A stretch of DNA of 64,000 bases from an uncultured Ruminococcus sp. (GCA_964629445.1 CAZVSE010000001.1:9846-73845), one strand, 5' to 3'. Shown: positions 9,597 through 19,556, counted from the stretch's first letter. The notes: generated by a model not told the origin, from the letters alone. Made by a program: numbers and translations.

Positions 9597-10310
9597 TTAC
9601 ACGAGTATTATATCCAGTAAGGCGTCGCCCAACGGGTTGATGCCGGACAGCCAGTTAACGACGGTGGTCTCACTGATCGTCTGCAGAGTGATCGCGCCGT
9701 CCGCGGCAGCAGTCGCGGCGAGGATCTGGATAACGGTCACCGCGATGAGCACCCACAGCATACCCGACACCACGCCGCCGATCGACCCAAGCGTTTTGTT
9801 GAGCTGCTTGAGCAGCGGAAGCTTCGCTACGAGGTTGAGGACCCGCAGCAGGATCGACGCGATGACATAGGTGATGAAAAACAGCACCAATGAGCAGATC
9901 GCCCGCAGCAACGGCAACAGCACGGGGCGGATCACCGCGTTGACACTCTCGGAGATGGGGATGTTCGTCCCCATCGGTATCGTCTGTGCCAGATCGTCGA
10001 CATCCTCGACGCCCGCCTGTGCGAGCAGATTCTTCACGAACGTCGGCAGCGACTGATACGCGCTGTCAAGTTGTTCGATGGCATTGCCCTGCGCCTGCTC
10101 GACCTGCTCGGCGACCACCTCGGTGAGTGCAGGCTCGATCGTCTTGTCGTACACAAATTCCGAAACGGGACCGCAGAGCAGCGACGAAACCGCCAGTGCC
10201 GCGACCAGTGCGACGATGCCTGCCACGGTCTTGATAAAGCCACGCTTATGACCGATCAGGATCGATAGTAGGAAAATTAGTATGACCACAGCATCCAATA
10301 AATATTTCAT
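9597..10310 (-). CDS. CvpA-family membrane protein
   Basis: N-terminus MKYLLDAVVILIFLLSILIGHKRGFIKTVAGIVALVAA and multiple TM segments, CvpA-like. RBS AGGAGGA. Confidence 0.65.
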   Translation of the reverse strand: MKYLLDAVVILIFLLSILIGHKRGFIKTVAGIVALVAALAVSSLLCGPVSEFVYDKTIEPALTEVVAEQVEQAQGNAIEQLDSAYQSLPTFVKNLLAQAGVEDVDDLAQTIPMGTNIPISESVNAVIRPVLLPLLRAICSLVLFFITYVIASILLRVLNLVAKLPLLKQLNKTLGSIGGVVSGMLWVLIAVTVIQILAATAAADGAITLQTISETTVVNWLSGINPLGDALLDIILV

Positions 10311-10329
10311 CGCTCAGTTCCTCCTATGT

Positions 10330-11535
10330 TTATGTCAATGTGTATTGCTGTAAAATGCTTAATCCCAGTACGACCGCGTTGTTGCCGTACAGCACCGCCT
10401 GCTGACCGTCCGCTTCAACCTGAGCGGACTTGCCCGCGCCGGTCTTGTCGATGACCTGCACCGTGTCGTCGGTGAGTAACAAGAACTGCTTGCCCTGCGC
10501 GGACAGGTGGCGGAACTCGCCGACAAACAGCACGCGGCTGAGCTCGTCGCCCGATGTGTTCAGCACCCGCACGGTGCCGCCGTCGGTGCTGCCGAGCGGT
10601 CGTAAAACCAGCGCTACGCTGTCCTGCGCCACGGCGTAGCCGAGCAACTGCTCGTTGCCGATCGTGACCGCCGTCGGTTTATCCTGCGTGGCGGTGGACA
10701 GCATCAGTGCACCGTTCTCCCCCACCGCGAGCAGTTGATTTTTCGTCAAGAATTCCAGACGGTAGAGCAGGGTATCCGCGGCAGTATAGGAATACAGCGC
10801 CTGCGGGTCGGTCGAGGACAGTGAAAACGCATCAACGGTGGTGTTCAGCACCCCGCCGACGGCGTCCACGCTGAGCAGGGCGACCGTCTTGCCGTCGGGC
10901 GACAGCGTGACCTCGTTCGCGAGGCTCGTGCGACTGCGGCGATAGATCTCCGTACCCTTCCGGTCATACACGATCAATTCGACCGCATAGCCCTGCGTGC
11001 CCTGCATCAGCACGGCGATCTGCCCTTTTTCGTTCACGTCCGCCGACAGGATCTTATATTCCAGTGTCAGATCCGCCAGTGACATCGAACGAGTGGTGAG
11101 CAGCAACCGTTTACCGCTCTGCTCGGCGACAAGCACATATTTCCCCGCCGTGCGCAACAGCGCAGAGGAATACGTGCAGGGATACCGCGTCACCTCACCG
11201 CCGTGATCGTTATAATAGGTCAGGTAGCTGTCGCTGAGCAGCACCGTATAATTCTGACTGCGTGCCATAGACTGCACATTCGACCCCGCTATATCCACGG
11301 GATAGGTTCCCGATGTATCGCCGATCGTGTCCTGCAACTTGGCAAGCAGCCTATCCGGCGCGAGGACGTCCCAGTTGCGCCACACCACCCACACGCTGAC
11401 AAAGATCAGCAGAATGATGATCAGCCGCTTCCACATCAACCGCCGTGCGCGCTTTCGGTGGCGGCGGCGGGCTTCTTCGCGGGAGGAGGGCTGCTCGTTG
11501 TTCTGCGTGCGCGCACGCGCTTTTTTATCCGCCAT
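10330..11535 (-). CDS. Membrane-anchored hypothetical protein (DUF5711-like, repeat/beta-propeller-like ectodomain)
   Basis: Basic N-terminus, single TM (LIIILLIFVSVWVVW), then 340 aa of beta-rich repeats. The start overlaps the truA stop (TGATG). Confidence 0.55.
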   Translation of the reverse strand: MADKKARARTQNNEQPSSREEARRRHRKRARRLMWKRLIIILLIFVSVWVVWRNWDVLAPDRLLAKLQDTIGDTSGTYPVDIAGSNVQSMARSQNYTVLLSDSYLTYYNDHGGEVTRYPCTYSSALLRTAGKYVLVAEQSGKRLLLTTRSMSLADLTLEYKILSADVNEKGQIAVLMQGTQGYAVELIVYDRKGTEIYRRSRTSLANEVTLSPDGKTVALLSVDAVGGVLNTTVDAFSLSSTDPQALYSYTAADTLLYRLEFLTKNQLLAVGENGALMLSTATQDKPTAVTIGNEQLLGYAVAQDSVALVLRPLGSTDGGTVRVLNTSGDELSRVLFVGEFRHLSAQGKQFLLLTDDTVQVIDKTGAGKSAQVEADGQQAVLYGNNAVVLGLSILQQYTLT

Positions 11536-12287
11536 CAGCCATTCTCCTTGTCGTCATAGAATACTTCCTGCAAGCAAAGCCCCTTCGCCGGCGCGGTCGG
11601 TCCCGCCTGCCCGCGGTCACCCGAGGCAAGGATCGCGCCGATCGCGTCCGCCGCAAGCCGTCCGTCGGCAATTTCCAGCAATGTGCCGACCATAATGCGT
11701 ACCATATTGTAGAGAAAGCCGTCCGCCTCGACCGAGAAGAGCACCAGCTCCCCCTGCCGCTTAACGCGGCAGTCGCGCACCGTGCGCACCGTGTCCTGCA
11801 CATCACTGCCCGCCGCGCAGAACGCAGCAAAATCGTGCGTGCCTATGTACTGTGCCGCCGCACGGTTCAGCAGTTCCTCGTCGAGCGGCTGTTTGCGGTG
11901 CAAGGCATAGCGGTCATAGACGGGGTGGCGCTGCGGACCGTTCCAGATGCGGTAAACATACCGCTTGCCACGCGCGTGATAACGGGGATGAAACGCGCCC
12001 GCGACCTGACGCACGTCGTAGACGGCAATGTCGCGCGGGAGATGAAAATTGAGCGCGCTCGCCATTTTGTCGCCCCGCAAAGGGCTGTCGGTGTCCAGCA
12101 CACAACAGAACATCTCCGCGTGTACCCCCGCGTCGGTACGGCTACAGCCGGTGATACCGGCGCGCACGCCGGTCACCGCCTGTACCGCATCCTGCAGAAG
12201 TTCCTGCACGGTCACGGCGTTGGGCTGGACCTGCCAGCCGTGGTATGCCGTCCCGTCGTAGCGCAGGGTAATAAGCAACCGTGCCAT
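11535..12287 (-). CDS. truA: tRNA pseudouridine(38-40) synthase
   Basis: YDGTAYHGWQVQPN, GCSRTDAGVHA catalytic Asp motif, FLYNMVR. Classic position after ecfT. Confidence 0.95.
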   Translation of the reverse strand: MARLLITLRYDGTAYHGWQVQPNAVTVQELLQDAVQAVTGVRAGITGCSRTDAGVHAEMFCCVLDTDSPLRGDKMASALNFHLPRDIAVYDVRQVAGAFHPRYHARGKRYVYRIWNGPQRHPVYDRYALHRKQPLDEELLNRAAAQYIGTHDFAAFCAAGSDVQDTVRTVRDCRVKRQGELVLFSVEADGFLYNMVRIMVGTLLEIADGRLAADAIGAILASGDRGQAGPTAPAKGLCLQEVFYDDKENG

Positions 12288-12315
12288 AACCGCACCGCCC
12301 TTTCCTAAAAATCAA

Positions 12316-13134
12316 TCATTTCAGCACTGAGCCGAAGGTAATATTGAGCAAAATCAATCCCGCGGTCACCGCCGCGAACACCAGAAGCGCGAGCCAGTCG
12401 CGCGGGGCGGTGCGCAGACGCTTCATCCGCGTGCGCCCCTCACCGCCCTGATAACAGCGACATTCCATCGCCATCGTGAGATCGTACGCGCGACGGAAGG
12501 AGGATACGAACAGCGGGATGATGATCGGTACAAGCGCCTTGACACGCTGAATAAGCCCGCCGCTCTCCATATCGGCACCACGCGCCTTTTGCGCGGACAT
12601 GATCTTCCCCGTTTCCTCAATGAGGGTGGGGATAAACCGCAGGGCAATGGTCATCATCATCGCAATCTCGTGCGCGTTGACACGCACGACCTTCAGCGGC
12701 GACAGCAGATATTCGATCGCATCGGTCAGTGCCGTCGGAGTGGTGGTGTAGGTGAGCAGCGAACTGCCCATCACCAAGCACGCGATGCGCACCGCGATGA
12801 ACGCGGCGTTGTTCAGCCCTTGCGTCGTTATCCGCACGGGACCGAGCTGCACGAGCGTGTCGCCGCCGGTGACGTAAAATATCTGTAATACCGATGTAAA
12901 CGCGATGATGAGCAGGATCGGTCTCACACTGCGCCACAACAGCTTCACCGGCAGGCGGGACAGTGCCACCGTCACCGCGAGGGTGAGCACGGTACAGCTG
13001 AGGGCGATCCAGTTGCGCGGGATAAACACGAGCACGATGAACAATAGCGTCAGCGTGAGCTTCATCCGCGGATCCAACCGATGGATGAGGGAATTACCGG
13101 GGAAATATTGTCCGATGGTGATGTCGTTTAGCAT
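12316..13134 (-). CDS. ecfT: Energy-coupling factor transporter transmembrane subunit
   Basis: DPRMKL..., ARGAD coupling-helix motif (SAQKARGADME). Follows the two ECF ATPases. Confidence 0.9.
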   Translation of the reverse strand: MLNDITIGQYFPGNSLIHRLDPRMKLTLTLLFIVLVFIPRNWIALSCTVLTLAVTVALSRLPVKLLWRSVRPILLIIAFTSVLQIFYVTGGDTLVQLGPVRITTQGLNNAAFIAVRIACLVMGSSLLTYTTTPTALTDAIEYLLSPLKVVRVNAHEIAMMMTIALRFIPTLIEETGKIMSAQKARGADMESGGLIQRVKALVPIIIPLFVSSFRRAYDLTMAMECRCYQGGEGRTRMKRLRTAPRDWLALLVFAAVTAGLILLNITFGSVLK

Positions 13135-13991
13135 CCGCGCTCACCTCCCAACAACGGGAGCAAACGCTCCACCGCCTGATCGACGGTATACACGTCCGTG
13201 CCGACGTCAACGCCCTGCTGTCTGAGCAACAGCAAGATCTTGGTCACCGCAGGCACGGTCAGCCCCATCTCTTCTAATTCGTCGGCGCGGGCGAACACCC
13301 GCTCGACGGTGTCGAGCATCGCCACCTCGCCGCGGCGCATCACCAGCACGCGATCTGCCAGACGGGCGATGTCCTCCATACTGTGGGACACCAACAGCAC
13401 CGTCTTGCCGCTGCGGGTGCGATAATCCTGTATCATCGCGAGGATCTGCTCGCGCCCGCGCGGGTCGAGTCCCGCGGTCGGCTCGTCGAGGATGAGCACC
13501 TCAGGCTCCATCGCCAGCACCCCCGCGATCGCGGCGCGGCGCTTTTCACCGCCCGAGAGATCAAAGGGGGATTTATCCAACAGTTCGTCGCTAAGCCCGA
13601 CATCCGCCGCCGCGCGGCGCACCCGTCGGTCGATCTCGCTCTCGTCAAGCCCCATATTTTTCGGACCGAAAGCGATGTCTTTATAGATCGTATCTTCAAA
13701 CAACTGATATTCGGGGTATTGAAACACCATCCCGACCGCAAAGCGAATGTCACGGATCTTCTTAGGGCTTTCCCAAATGTCCCGCCCGTCGAGCAGGATG
13801 CGCCCGTCGGAAGGGCGCAACAGTCCGTTGAGATGCTGAATGAGCGTCGACTTCCCCGAGCCGGTGTGTCCGATGATGCCGAGCAACTCCCCCTCCACCG
13901 TCGTGAGCGATACATCGCGGATGGCGTGCTGTTCAAAAGGCGAGCCGGCCGCGTAGGTATGGGTGATGTGTTGTACTTCCAGAACGGCCAT
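13128..13991 (-). CDS. ecfA2: ECF transporter ATPase A2
   Basis: GHTGSGKSTL Walker A, LSGGEKRR signature, LILDEPTAGLD Walker B. Confidence 0.9.
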   Translation of the reverse strand: MAVLEVQHITHTYAAGSPFEQHAIRDVSLTTVEGELLGIIGHTGSGKSTLIQHLNGLLRPSDGRILLDGRDIWESPKKIRDIRFAVGMVFQYPEYQLFEDTIYKDIAFGPKNMGLDESEIDRRVRRAAADVGLSDELLDKSPFDLSGGEKRRAAIAGVLAMEPEVLILDEPTAGLDPRGREQILAMIQDYRTRSGKTVLLVSHSMEDIARLADRVLVMRRGEVAMLDTVERVFARADELEEMGLTVPAVTKILLLLRQQGVDVGTDVYTVDQAVERLLPLLGGERGC

Positions 13992-14010
13992 AAGTCGCCT
14001 ATCCTTTCTG

Positions 14011-14850
14011 CTAAATGAGTGTCATTAATGCCGCGGCACATTCCTCGGGGGTGAGGATATCGGTCGGCAGGTCAATGCCGTGCGCCCGCAGAGCGGTACA
14101 CAGTGCAGTCGGTTGGGGGACATCCAGCCCGACCTTATGCAGGGTATCCGCTTGCGCGAACACCTCGCGGGGGGTGCCGTCGAGCAACACACGCCCCTCG
14201 TCCATCACCACCACACGATCCGAAAGCGCGGCTTCTTCCATATAATGCGTGATGAGCACCACCGTCATCCCTTGCTCACGGTTTAAACAGCAGACGGTGT
14301 CCAGCACCTCTTGCCGCCCGCGGGGATCAAGCATCGCGGTCGGCTCGTCGAGCACGATACAATCGGGATGCATCGCGAGCACTCCCGCGATGGCGATGCG
14401 CTGTTTTTGCCCGCCCGACAACTTATGGGGGGAGTGGTCTTTGTATTCCCACATTCCAACGGTGCGCAGAGCCTCCTCCACCCGCTGACAGATCTCGGCG
14501 GGCGGCAGACCGAGGTTCTCGGGTCCAAACGCCACATCCTCTTCCACGATGGTGGAGACAAGCTGGTTGTCGGGGTTTTGCAACACCATTCCGACCGTGC
14601 GGCGCACGGGGTAGGTGTTTTGCTCATCGGCGGTGTCCATCCCCGCGACCAGCACCCGCCCGCCGCTCGGCAGCAGCAGAGCGTTAAAATGCTTCGCCAG
14701 TGTGGACTTGCCGCAGCCGTTGTGCCCGAGCAGGGCGACAAAACTGCCCCGCTCGATCGCCAGATCAATGCCCTGCAATACCGCGTGAGGCACGACCTGC
14801 GGCGTGTCGCCGTCGTATTGAAAATGCACTTGTTGAGCTGATAGCATCAT
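14011..14850 (-). CDS. ecfA1: ECF transporter ATPase A1
   Basis: GHNGCGKSTL, LSGGQKQR, IVLDEPTAMLD. First gene of ecfA1-ecfA2-ecfT-truA. Confidence 0.9.
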   Translation of the reverse strand: MMLSAQQVHFQYDGDTPQVVPHAVLQGIDLAIERGSFVALLGHNGCGKSTLAKHFNALLLPSGGRVLVAGMDTADEQNTYPVRRTVGMVLQNPDNQLVSTIVEEDVAFGPENLGLPPAEICQRVEEALRTVGMWEYKDHSPHKLSGGQKQRIAIAGVLAMHPDCIVLDEPTAMLDPRGRQEVLDTVCCLNREQGMTVVLITHYMEEAALSDRVVVMDEGRVLLDGTPREVFAQADTLHKVGLDVPQPTALCTALRAHGIDLPTDILTPEECAAALMTLI

Positions 14851-14865
14851 AAAATCACTTCTCGT

Positions 14866-15732
14866 TTATTCTCCGGTGTAGATCGCGGTCGCGCCGCAGG
14901 GCAGAACGAGCCCGCTCGCGGTGACCGGCAGACCGATCTCGTCGGCGGTCACCTTGCCGCCGAGATTCTTCGGCAGCAGAGACGCCAGCACATACTGCAT
15001 CACCGACGGGGACAGCCCCGTGGTGTAGGAATTAATGAGGAAGAACAGCGGCTTGTCGGACAGGAGCTTGACGCACTCCTGCACCAGCGGGTAGATCTGC
15101 TCCTCCAGCTTCCACACCTCACCGCCGGGTCCGCGCCCGTAAGAGGGCGGATCCATCAAAATGCCGTCGTAGGTGTTGCCGCGGCGCAGCTCCCGCTGGA
15201 CAAACTTGACACAGTCGTCGACCAGCCAGCGCATCGGGCGGTCGGCGAGCCCTGAGACCGCCGCGTTCTCCTTGCCCCACGCGACCATCCCTTTAGACGC
15301 GTCAACGTGGGTGACGTGCGCGCCCGCCGCCACACAGGCGAGGGTCGCGCCGCCGGTGTAGCCGAAGAGGTTGAGCACCCTGATCGGGCGGTCGGCGGAC
15401 TGAATGAGCGACGCCATCGTGTCCCAGTTGACCGCCTGCTCGGGAAACAACCCCGTGTGCTTGAAACCCATCGGCTTAAGCGCGAAGGTCAGATCCCCGT
15501 AGGTGATCTGCCAACTGTCGGGGATGGGGCGATACCGTTCCCACTGCCCACCGCCCGCATTCGAGCGGTGATAGCGGGCGTGTGCCTGCTTCCAGCGCGG
15601 GTCGCGGCGCGGCGTATCCCATATTATCTGCGGATCGGGGCGGATGAGCAGAATATCCCCCCACCGCTCCAGCCGTTCACCCCGTGAGGTGTCCAGCAGT
15701 TCATAGTCTTTCCAATTGTCGGCTATTCTCAT
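14866..15732 (-). CDS. Class I SAM-dependent methyltransferase (RlmI/RlmK C-terminal-like, no PUA domain)
   Basis: VLNLFGYTGGATLA SAM motif, ILMDPPSYGRG motif. ATG at 15732 with GAGG RBS; the ORF-track start at 15744 is TTG. Confidence 0.75.
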   Translation of the reverse strand: MRIADNWKDYELLDTSRGERLERWGDILLIRPDPQIIWDTPRRDPRWKQAHARYHRSNAGGGQWERYRPIPDSWQITYGDLTFALKPMGFKHTGLFPEQAVNWDTMASLIQSADRPIRVLNLFGYTGGATLACVAAGAHVTHVDASKGMVAWGKENAAVSGLADRPMRWLVDDCVKFVQRELRRGNTYDGILMDPPSYGRGPGGEVWKLEEQIYPLVQECVKLLSDKPLFFLINSYTTGLSPSVMQYVLASLLPKNLGGKVTADEIGLPVTASGLVLPCGATAIYTGE

Positions 15733-15740
15733 ATTATACC

Positions 15741-16766
15741 TCAAAACATCGTCTGTCCGTTCTGCTCCAGACCAAGGTGCGCGTATGCCGCGGGCAACAC
15801 CACGCGTCCGCGCGGCGTGCGGCTGATAAACCCGATCTGCATCAGATACGGCTCGTACACGTCCTCGATGGTGACCGCCTCCTCGCCGATCATCGCGGCG
15901 AGGGTCTCTAATCCCACGGGACCGCCGTTATAGTGGCGGATCATCGCCTCCAGCATCCGTCGATCGACCATATCCAACCCCAGCTCGTCGACCTCCAGAC
16001 GCGCAAGCGCCTGCTGAGCAGATACCTTATCAATGACGCCGTTATTGAGCACCTCGGCAAAATCCCGCACACGCTTCAAAAAGCGGTTGGCAATACGGGG
16101 GGTGCCGCGGCAACGGGACGCGATCTCCAACGCGCCCTCGTCCTCGCAGGGAACATCGAGAATGCGCGCACTGCGCGAGACGATCTTCGCAAGCTCCTGC
16201 GGGGTGTAGAGTTCCAAACGCATAATCACACCGAAGCGATCACGCAACGGTGCGGAGAGCTGCCCCGCACGGGTGGTCGCGCCGATGAGGGTAAATCTCT
16301 GCAAGGGCAGATGAATAGACGACGCGCCCTGCCCCTTACCGTTGATGATGTCGATGGCGAAATCCTCCATCGCGGGATAGAGGATCTCCTCGACGGTACG
16401 CGGCAGGCGATGGATCTCGTCGATGAACAGCACATCGCCCTCCTCCATATTCGTCAGCATCGCGGCGAGATCCCCGGGACGCTCCAGCGCGGGACCCGAG
16501 GTGATGCGGAAGTTGACGCCAAGCTCATTCGCAATGATGGCGGCGAGGGTAGTCTTGCCGAGGCCGGGAGGACCGTACAGCAGCACGTGGTCCAACGGCT
16601 CTCGCCGATTCTTGGCCGCATCAATGAACACCGACAGATTGTCTTTCACCTTTTCCTGCCCGATGTAGTCGCGCAGGGTGCGCGGGCGCAGCGGGTTATC
16701 CCCGTCGTCCTCCGGCAGGTAGTCTGTGGAAACCAAGCGGTTTTCCAGATCCATCTCCAACTCCAT
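15741..16766 (-). CDS. ruvB: Holliday junction branch migration helicase
   Basis: [63 protein letters not shown]. No ruvA is adjacent. Confidence 0.96.
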   Translation of the reverse strand: MELEMDLENRLVSTDYLPEDDGDNPLRPRTLRDYIGQEKVKDNLSVFIDAAKNRREPLDHVLLYGPPGLGKTTLAAIIANELGVNFRITSGPALERPGDLAAMLTNMEEGDVLFIDEIHRLPRTVEEILYPAMEDFAIDIINGKGQGASSIHLPLQRFTLIGATTRAGQLSAPLRDRFGVIMRLELYTPQELAKIVSRSARILDVPCEDEGALEIASRCRGTPRIANRFLKRVRDFAEVLNNGVIDKVSAQQALARLEVDELGLDMVDRRMLEAMIRHYNGGPVGLETLAAMIGEEAVTIEDVYEPYLMQIGFISRTPRGRVVLPAAYAHLGLEQNGQTMF

Positions 16767-16900
16767 CGCGTTCTCCTCCTGTTTGCGGGATGTATAATAC
16801 TCCTATTTTCCCATCATACAGATTATAATACCATATAATAGCGCAAAAAAAAAGCCCTCCGCGTGAAAAAATCCCGTAAAATTGTAAATTGTTTGTGAAA

Positions 16901-16938
16901 AAGCCTGCCTGCACGGCTAATGCCGTGCAGGCAGGCTT
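16901..16938 (-). terminator. Intrinsic terminator after the M23 peptidase gene
   Basis: AAGCCTGCCTGCACGGC-taat-GCCGTGCAGGCAGGCTT, a perfect 17-bp stem, followed on minus by TTTCAC. Confidence 0.8.
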
Positions 16939-16946
16939 GTCTTTCA

Positions 16947-18713
16947 TCAATAATAGATCTTGCCGGGGGTGACGTAATACAGCGGGTTGACACGCACGCC
17001 GTTTCTCAGCACCTCAAAGTGCAGGTGCGGACCGGTCGAGCGCCCTGTTGAGCCGATCAGACCGATGACCTGATTACGGGACACCGACTGCCCCTTGACG
17101 ACCTTGATGGAGTAGAGATGTGCATACGCGGTTGCCAGTCCGTTCGCGTGCTGGATCTTGACATAGTAACCGTAAGCGCCGTTCCAGCCGGCGTAAACGA
17201 CCGTGCCGCCGTCCGCCGCGCAGGCGGGCTTGTTGAGCACCGTGACAGGTCCGTTGCATATATCCAACGCGTAGTGACCGCTGCGCCAGCCGCGGGACAT
17301 ATTGCTGCAGATCGGCACCGGCCAGGACATCTGACCCTTGGTCACACCGTCGCCCTGCACGACCTGACTGCCGCCGCTCGTGTAGACCGGCTGGGTGCCG
17401 CGCTCGACCACCTTGGTGACCGGCTGCTTCGTGACCGTCTTGGAAACGATATTGCGACCGGTTTCCACGCCGTCGATATAGGTGACCTCGGCAACGATAT
17501 CCTGACTGCCCTCCTGCCCGTGCGTCTTGACGACCGACCAGGTAATGGGCTTATTCGTGTTGTTGTTGTAGACCGTGGTATAGTCGATCGTTTCGGTGTA
17601 TTCGATCGTCTTGATGACCTTCACCTGCAGGAACGCCTGCGGCTTCTGCACGATCAACTCATCCCCGATACGCACCATATCGGTGTCGGCATACGCGGGA
17701 TTCATCGCGCGCAACTCGGACGTGGTCATATTATTGCGCACCGCAATGGTGCTCAGTGTATCGCCCGCCTGCACGATGTAGGTCTTCTTGACCACCGCCT
17801 CAGAGGTAAGCTTCGCTTTTAATTGACTCTTGGTGGTGACCGACGCTGCAGGGAACAAGCCCTCGACCGTCTCCACCTTCTGCACGAACTCGGCTCGCTG
17901 GGTGGGGTCGTTTTTGTCGTAGCGTCCATCCTTAAGGCTGTCGAGCACCGCGTTAAGCTCGGTGGCAGATTCCATCGAGCCGACAAATTTATTGTCGACA
18001 TACAGGCCGGTCGCCTCGGCAATCGCGTCGCCGGCAGTGCGCAGGATCGCATCGCACAGCTCGTCATCGCCCAGCGTTTCGTTATCGCCCTTAATCGCAA
18101 TCGCGAACTTGGGTGACGTGTCGACCGAGAAGGAATTGTCAACATTGACCACGCGATTGATCGCCTTATCCGCGGCGGCATCGTACACGATCGCGCTGTC
18201 AATAAAGCCGAGCGATTCCCCGCGATAGGTAAGCTCGAGACAAAAATTCGTGTTCACCCAGGCGACGACGGTGATGGCGAACACCGCCAGCGCCGCCGCA
18301 GGACCCGCCACCAGCCACGCTTTCGCAAAATGCCGTCGGTGGCGAAAGACCGCGCGTTTTGTCAAGTCCCACAAGCAGGGAAAGACCGAAAACACACTAT
18401 GCTTTGCCGCGGCAGACAGCTCGCGACGGGCGGCAGGTAGCGCCGCGGTGAAAAATTTCCACGCCCGCTTAACACGGCGAATACGACGGGTAACCACCCG
18501 TCGCCACAACACCGTCAGCCGACGGCGCAACGGCGCAGACTTCTTATACAGACCGCGCCGTACGCGATTCACTCGTCGGATGACTCGCGCACCAAGCAGA
18601 TACTGAACGCGATAGACGGTCTCGCAGGCGCTCTCCGCCTTATGCAACCACGCCGTCGCCGCCGCGCGTATATCCGCCCAAGCGATCAGCGGTTTTTTCT
18701 GTTTTTCAGACAA
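16947..18713 (-). CDS. M23-family metallopeptidase with LysM and G5-like domains
   Basis: LysM (YIVQAGDTLSTIAVRNNMTTSELRAMNP), G5-like (TETIDYTTVY...GQEGSQDIVAEVTYIDG), M23 (HYALDI...GSTGRSTGPHLHFEV). Best start is TTG at 18713, 6 nt after AAGGAGG; the ORF-track GTG at 18767 lacks an RBS. Confidence 0.85.
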   Translation of the reverse strand: MSEKQKKPLIAWADIRAAATAWLHKAESACETVYRVQYLLGARVIRRVNRVRRGLYKKSAPLRRRLTVLWRRVVTRRIRRVKRAWKFFTAALPAARRELSAAAKHSVFSVFPCLWDLTKRAVFRHRRHFAKAWLVAGPAAALAVFAITVVAWVNTNFCLELTYRGESLGFIDSAIVYDAAADKAINRVVNVDNSFSVDTSPKFAIAIKGDNETLGDDELCDAILRTAGDAIAEATGLYVDNKFVGSMESATELNAVLDSLKDGRYDKNDPTQRAEFVQKVETVEGLFPAASVTTKSQLKAKLTSEAVVKKTYIVQAGDTLSTIAVRNNMTTSELRAMNPAYADTDMVRIGDELIVQKPQAFLQVKVIKTIEYTETIDYTTVYNNNTNKPITWSVVKTHGQEGSQDIVAEVTYIDGVETGRNIVSKTVTKQPVTKVVERGTQPVYTSGGSQVVQGDGVTKGQMSWPVPICSNMSRGWRSGHYALDICNGPVTVLNKPACAADGGTVVYAGWNGAYGYYVKIQHANGLATAYAHLYSIKVVKGQSVSRNQVIGLIGSTGRSTGPHLHFEVLRNGVRVNPLYYVTPGKIYY

Positions 18714-18850
18714 ATGCAGTCCTCCTTTATGCCGTTGCGTGCGGCATATGCCGCACGGCTCACGCACAGCGGGGAAGCCCCGCTTTTACGCGTTGCACGC
18801 AGTCGGTTTTATTTCATAAAAAAAGATTACAACATTGTAACCTCTTTCGC

Positions 18851-18879
18851 ATTATACTATCAAACCGCCTAAAAGGCAA
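18851..18879 (-). promoter_or_regulatory. sigma-A promoter of the M23 peptidase gene
   Basis: On minus: TTGCCT (18879-18874), 17 nt, TATAAT (18856-18851). Confidence 0.6.
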
Positions 18880-18955
18880 TGCTTTCGAGGGATGTTTGGC
18901 TCTTGTTCACAAAAAACATATCAGATTTTAGTGACTATGCCAAAAAGAATTTCCA

Positions 18956-19414
18956 TCATTTCGGGTATTCAAGAGCGGAAACAGGATAGTCTTCCAACAC
19001 CGCCGCCATTGCCGCCGCCCAACGCTTTGCTTCGGGCAGGTCGTGCTCGAGCCAGTTGCCGCATTCGACGCGCGACACGCCGGGAATATCCCCCTCGAAC
19101 GCGGCGGCAAACATCATCGCCTGATGCACCAGCATGATCGCGTCGGCGTGCGCGATGCCGCGGGTGAGGAAATAAAACCCCGTGCGGCACCCCATCGGTC
19201 CGAAATAGATCACGCCGTCCTTGAGCGCACTGTTGCGTACATACGTCGCGACCAGATGCTCGATCGTGTGCATCGCCGCCGTCGGCAAATACGGCGGAGT
19301 GTTCGGGCGCACAAAGCGGACATCGTAGGTGATGACGTCCCCGTCCGCGCGGGAAACGTACATTCCCGGCATCAGTGTGTCGTGATTGATCTGAAAACTG
19401 GCGATCTTCTCCAT
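18956..19414 (-). CDS. luxS: S-ribosylhomocysteine lyase (AI-2 synthase)
   Basis: HTIEHL metal motif, GPMGCRTGFY, 152 aa. RBS AAGGAAGGGTGG. Confidence 0.95.
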   Translation of the reverse strand: MEKIASFQINHDTLMPGMYVSRADGDVITYDVRFVRPNTPPYLPTAAMHTIEHLVATYVRNSALKDGVIYFGPMGCRTGFYFLTRGIAHADAIMLVHQAMMFAAAFEGDIPGVSRVECGNWLEHDLPEAKRWAAAMAAVLEDYPVSALEYPK

Positions 19415-19492
19415 AGCGATCCACCCTTCCTTTTCAAGAACTGCGATAGCGGTTGCAGTATACCAAATTTATCAAAAAAACGCAAGGTCTTA

Positions 19493-19532
19493 TAGTGCGG
19501 TAGGAAAATTTTATTGTAGTGCGGTAGGAAAA
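19493..19532. promoter_or_regulatory. Tandem 16-nt direct repeat in the luxS / surface-protein divergent region
   Basis: TAGTGCGGTAGGAAAA at 19493-19508 and 19517-19532 (24-bp period). It ends 24 bp upstream of the -35 of the plus-strand promoter. Confidence 0.6.
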
Positions 19533-19556
19533 ATTTATACAATTCCAAAAAAATGT

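Noticed and set aside
15741-16766. Missing ruvA as an anomaly
   Set aside because: ruvB has its own RBS, and a terminator lies upstream of it. ruvA can be encoded elsewhere, and absence from one window is not evidence of loss.
16696-16950. 84-aa minus-strand ORF between ruvB and the peptidase gene
   Set aside because: It lies across the peptidase terminator hairpin and the ruvB promoter/RBS region. It has no RBS and low-complexity composition.
19493-19532. Possible CRISPR-like repeat
   Set aside because: There are only two copies, 16 nt long with an 8-nt spacer, in a promoter region. No cas genes are present. It was interpreted as a regulator binding site.
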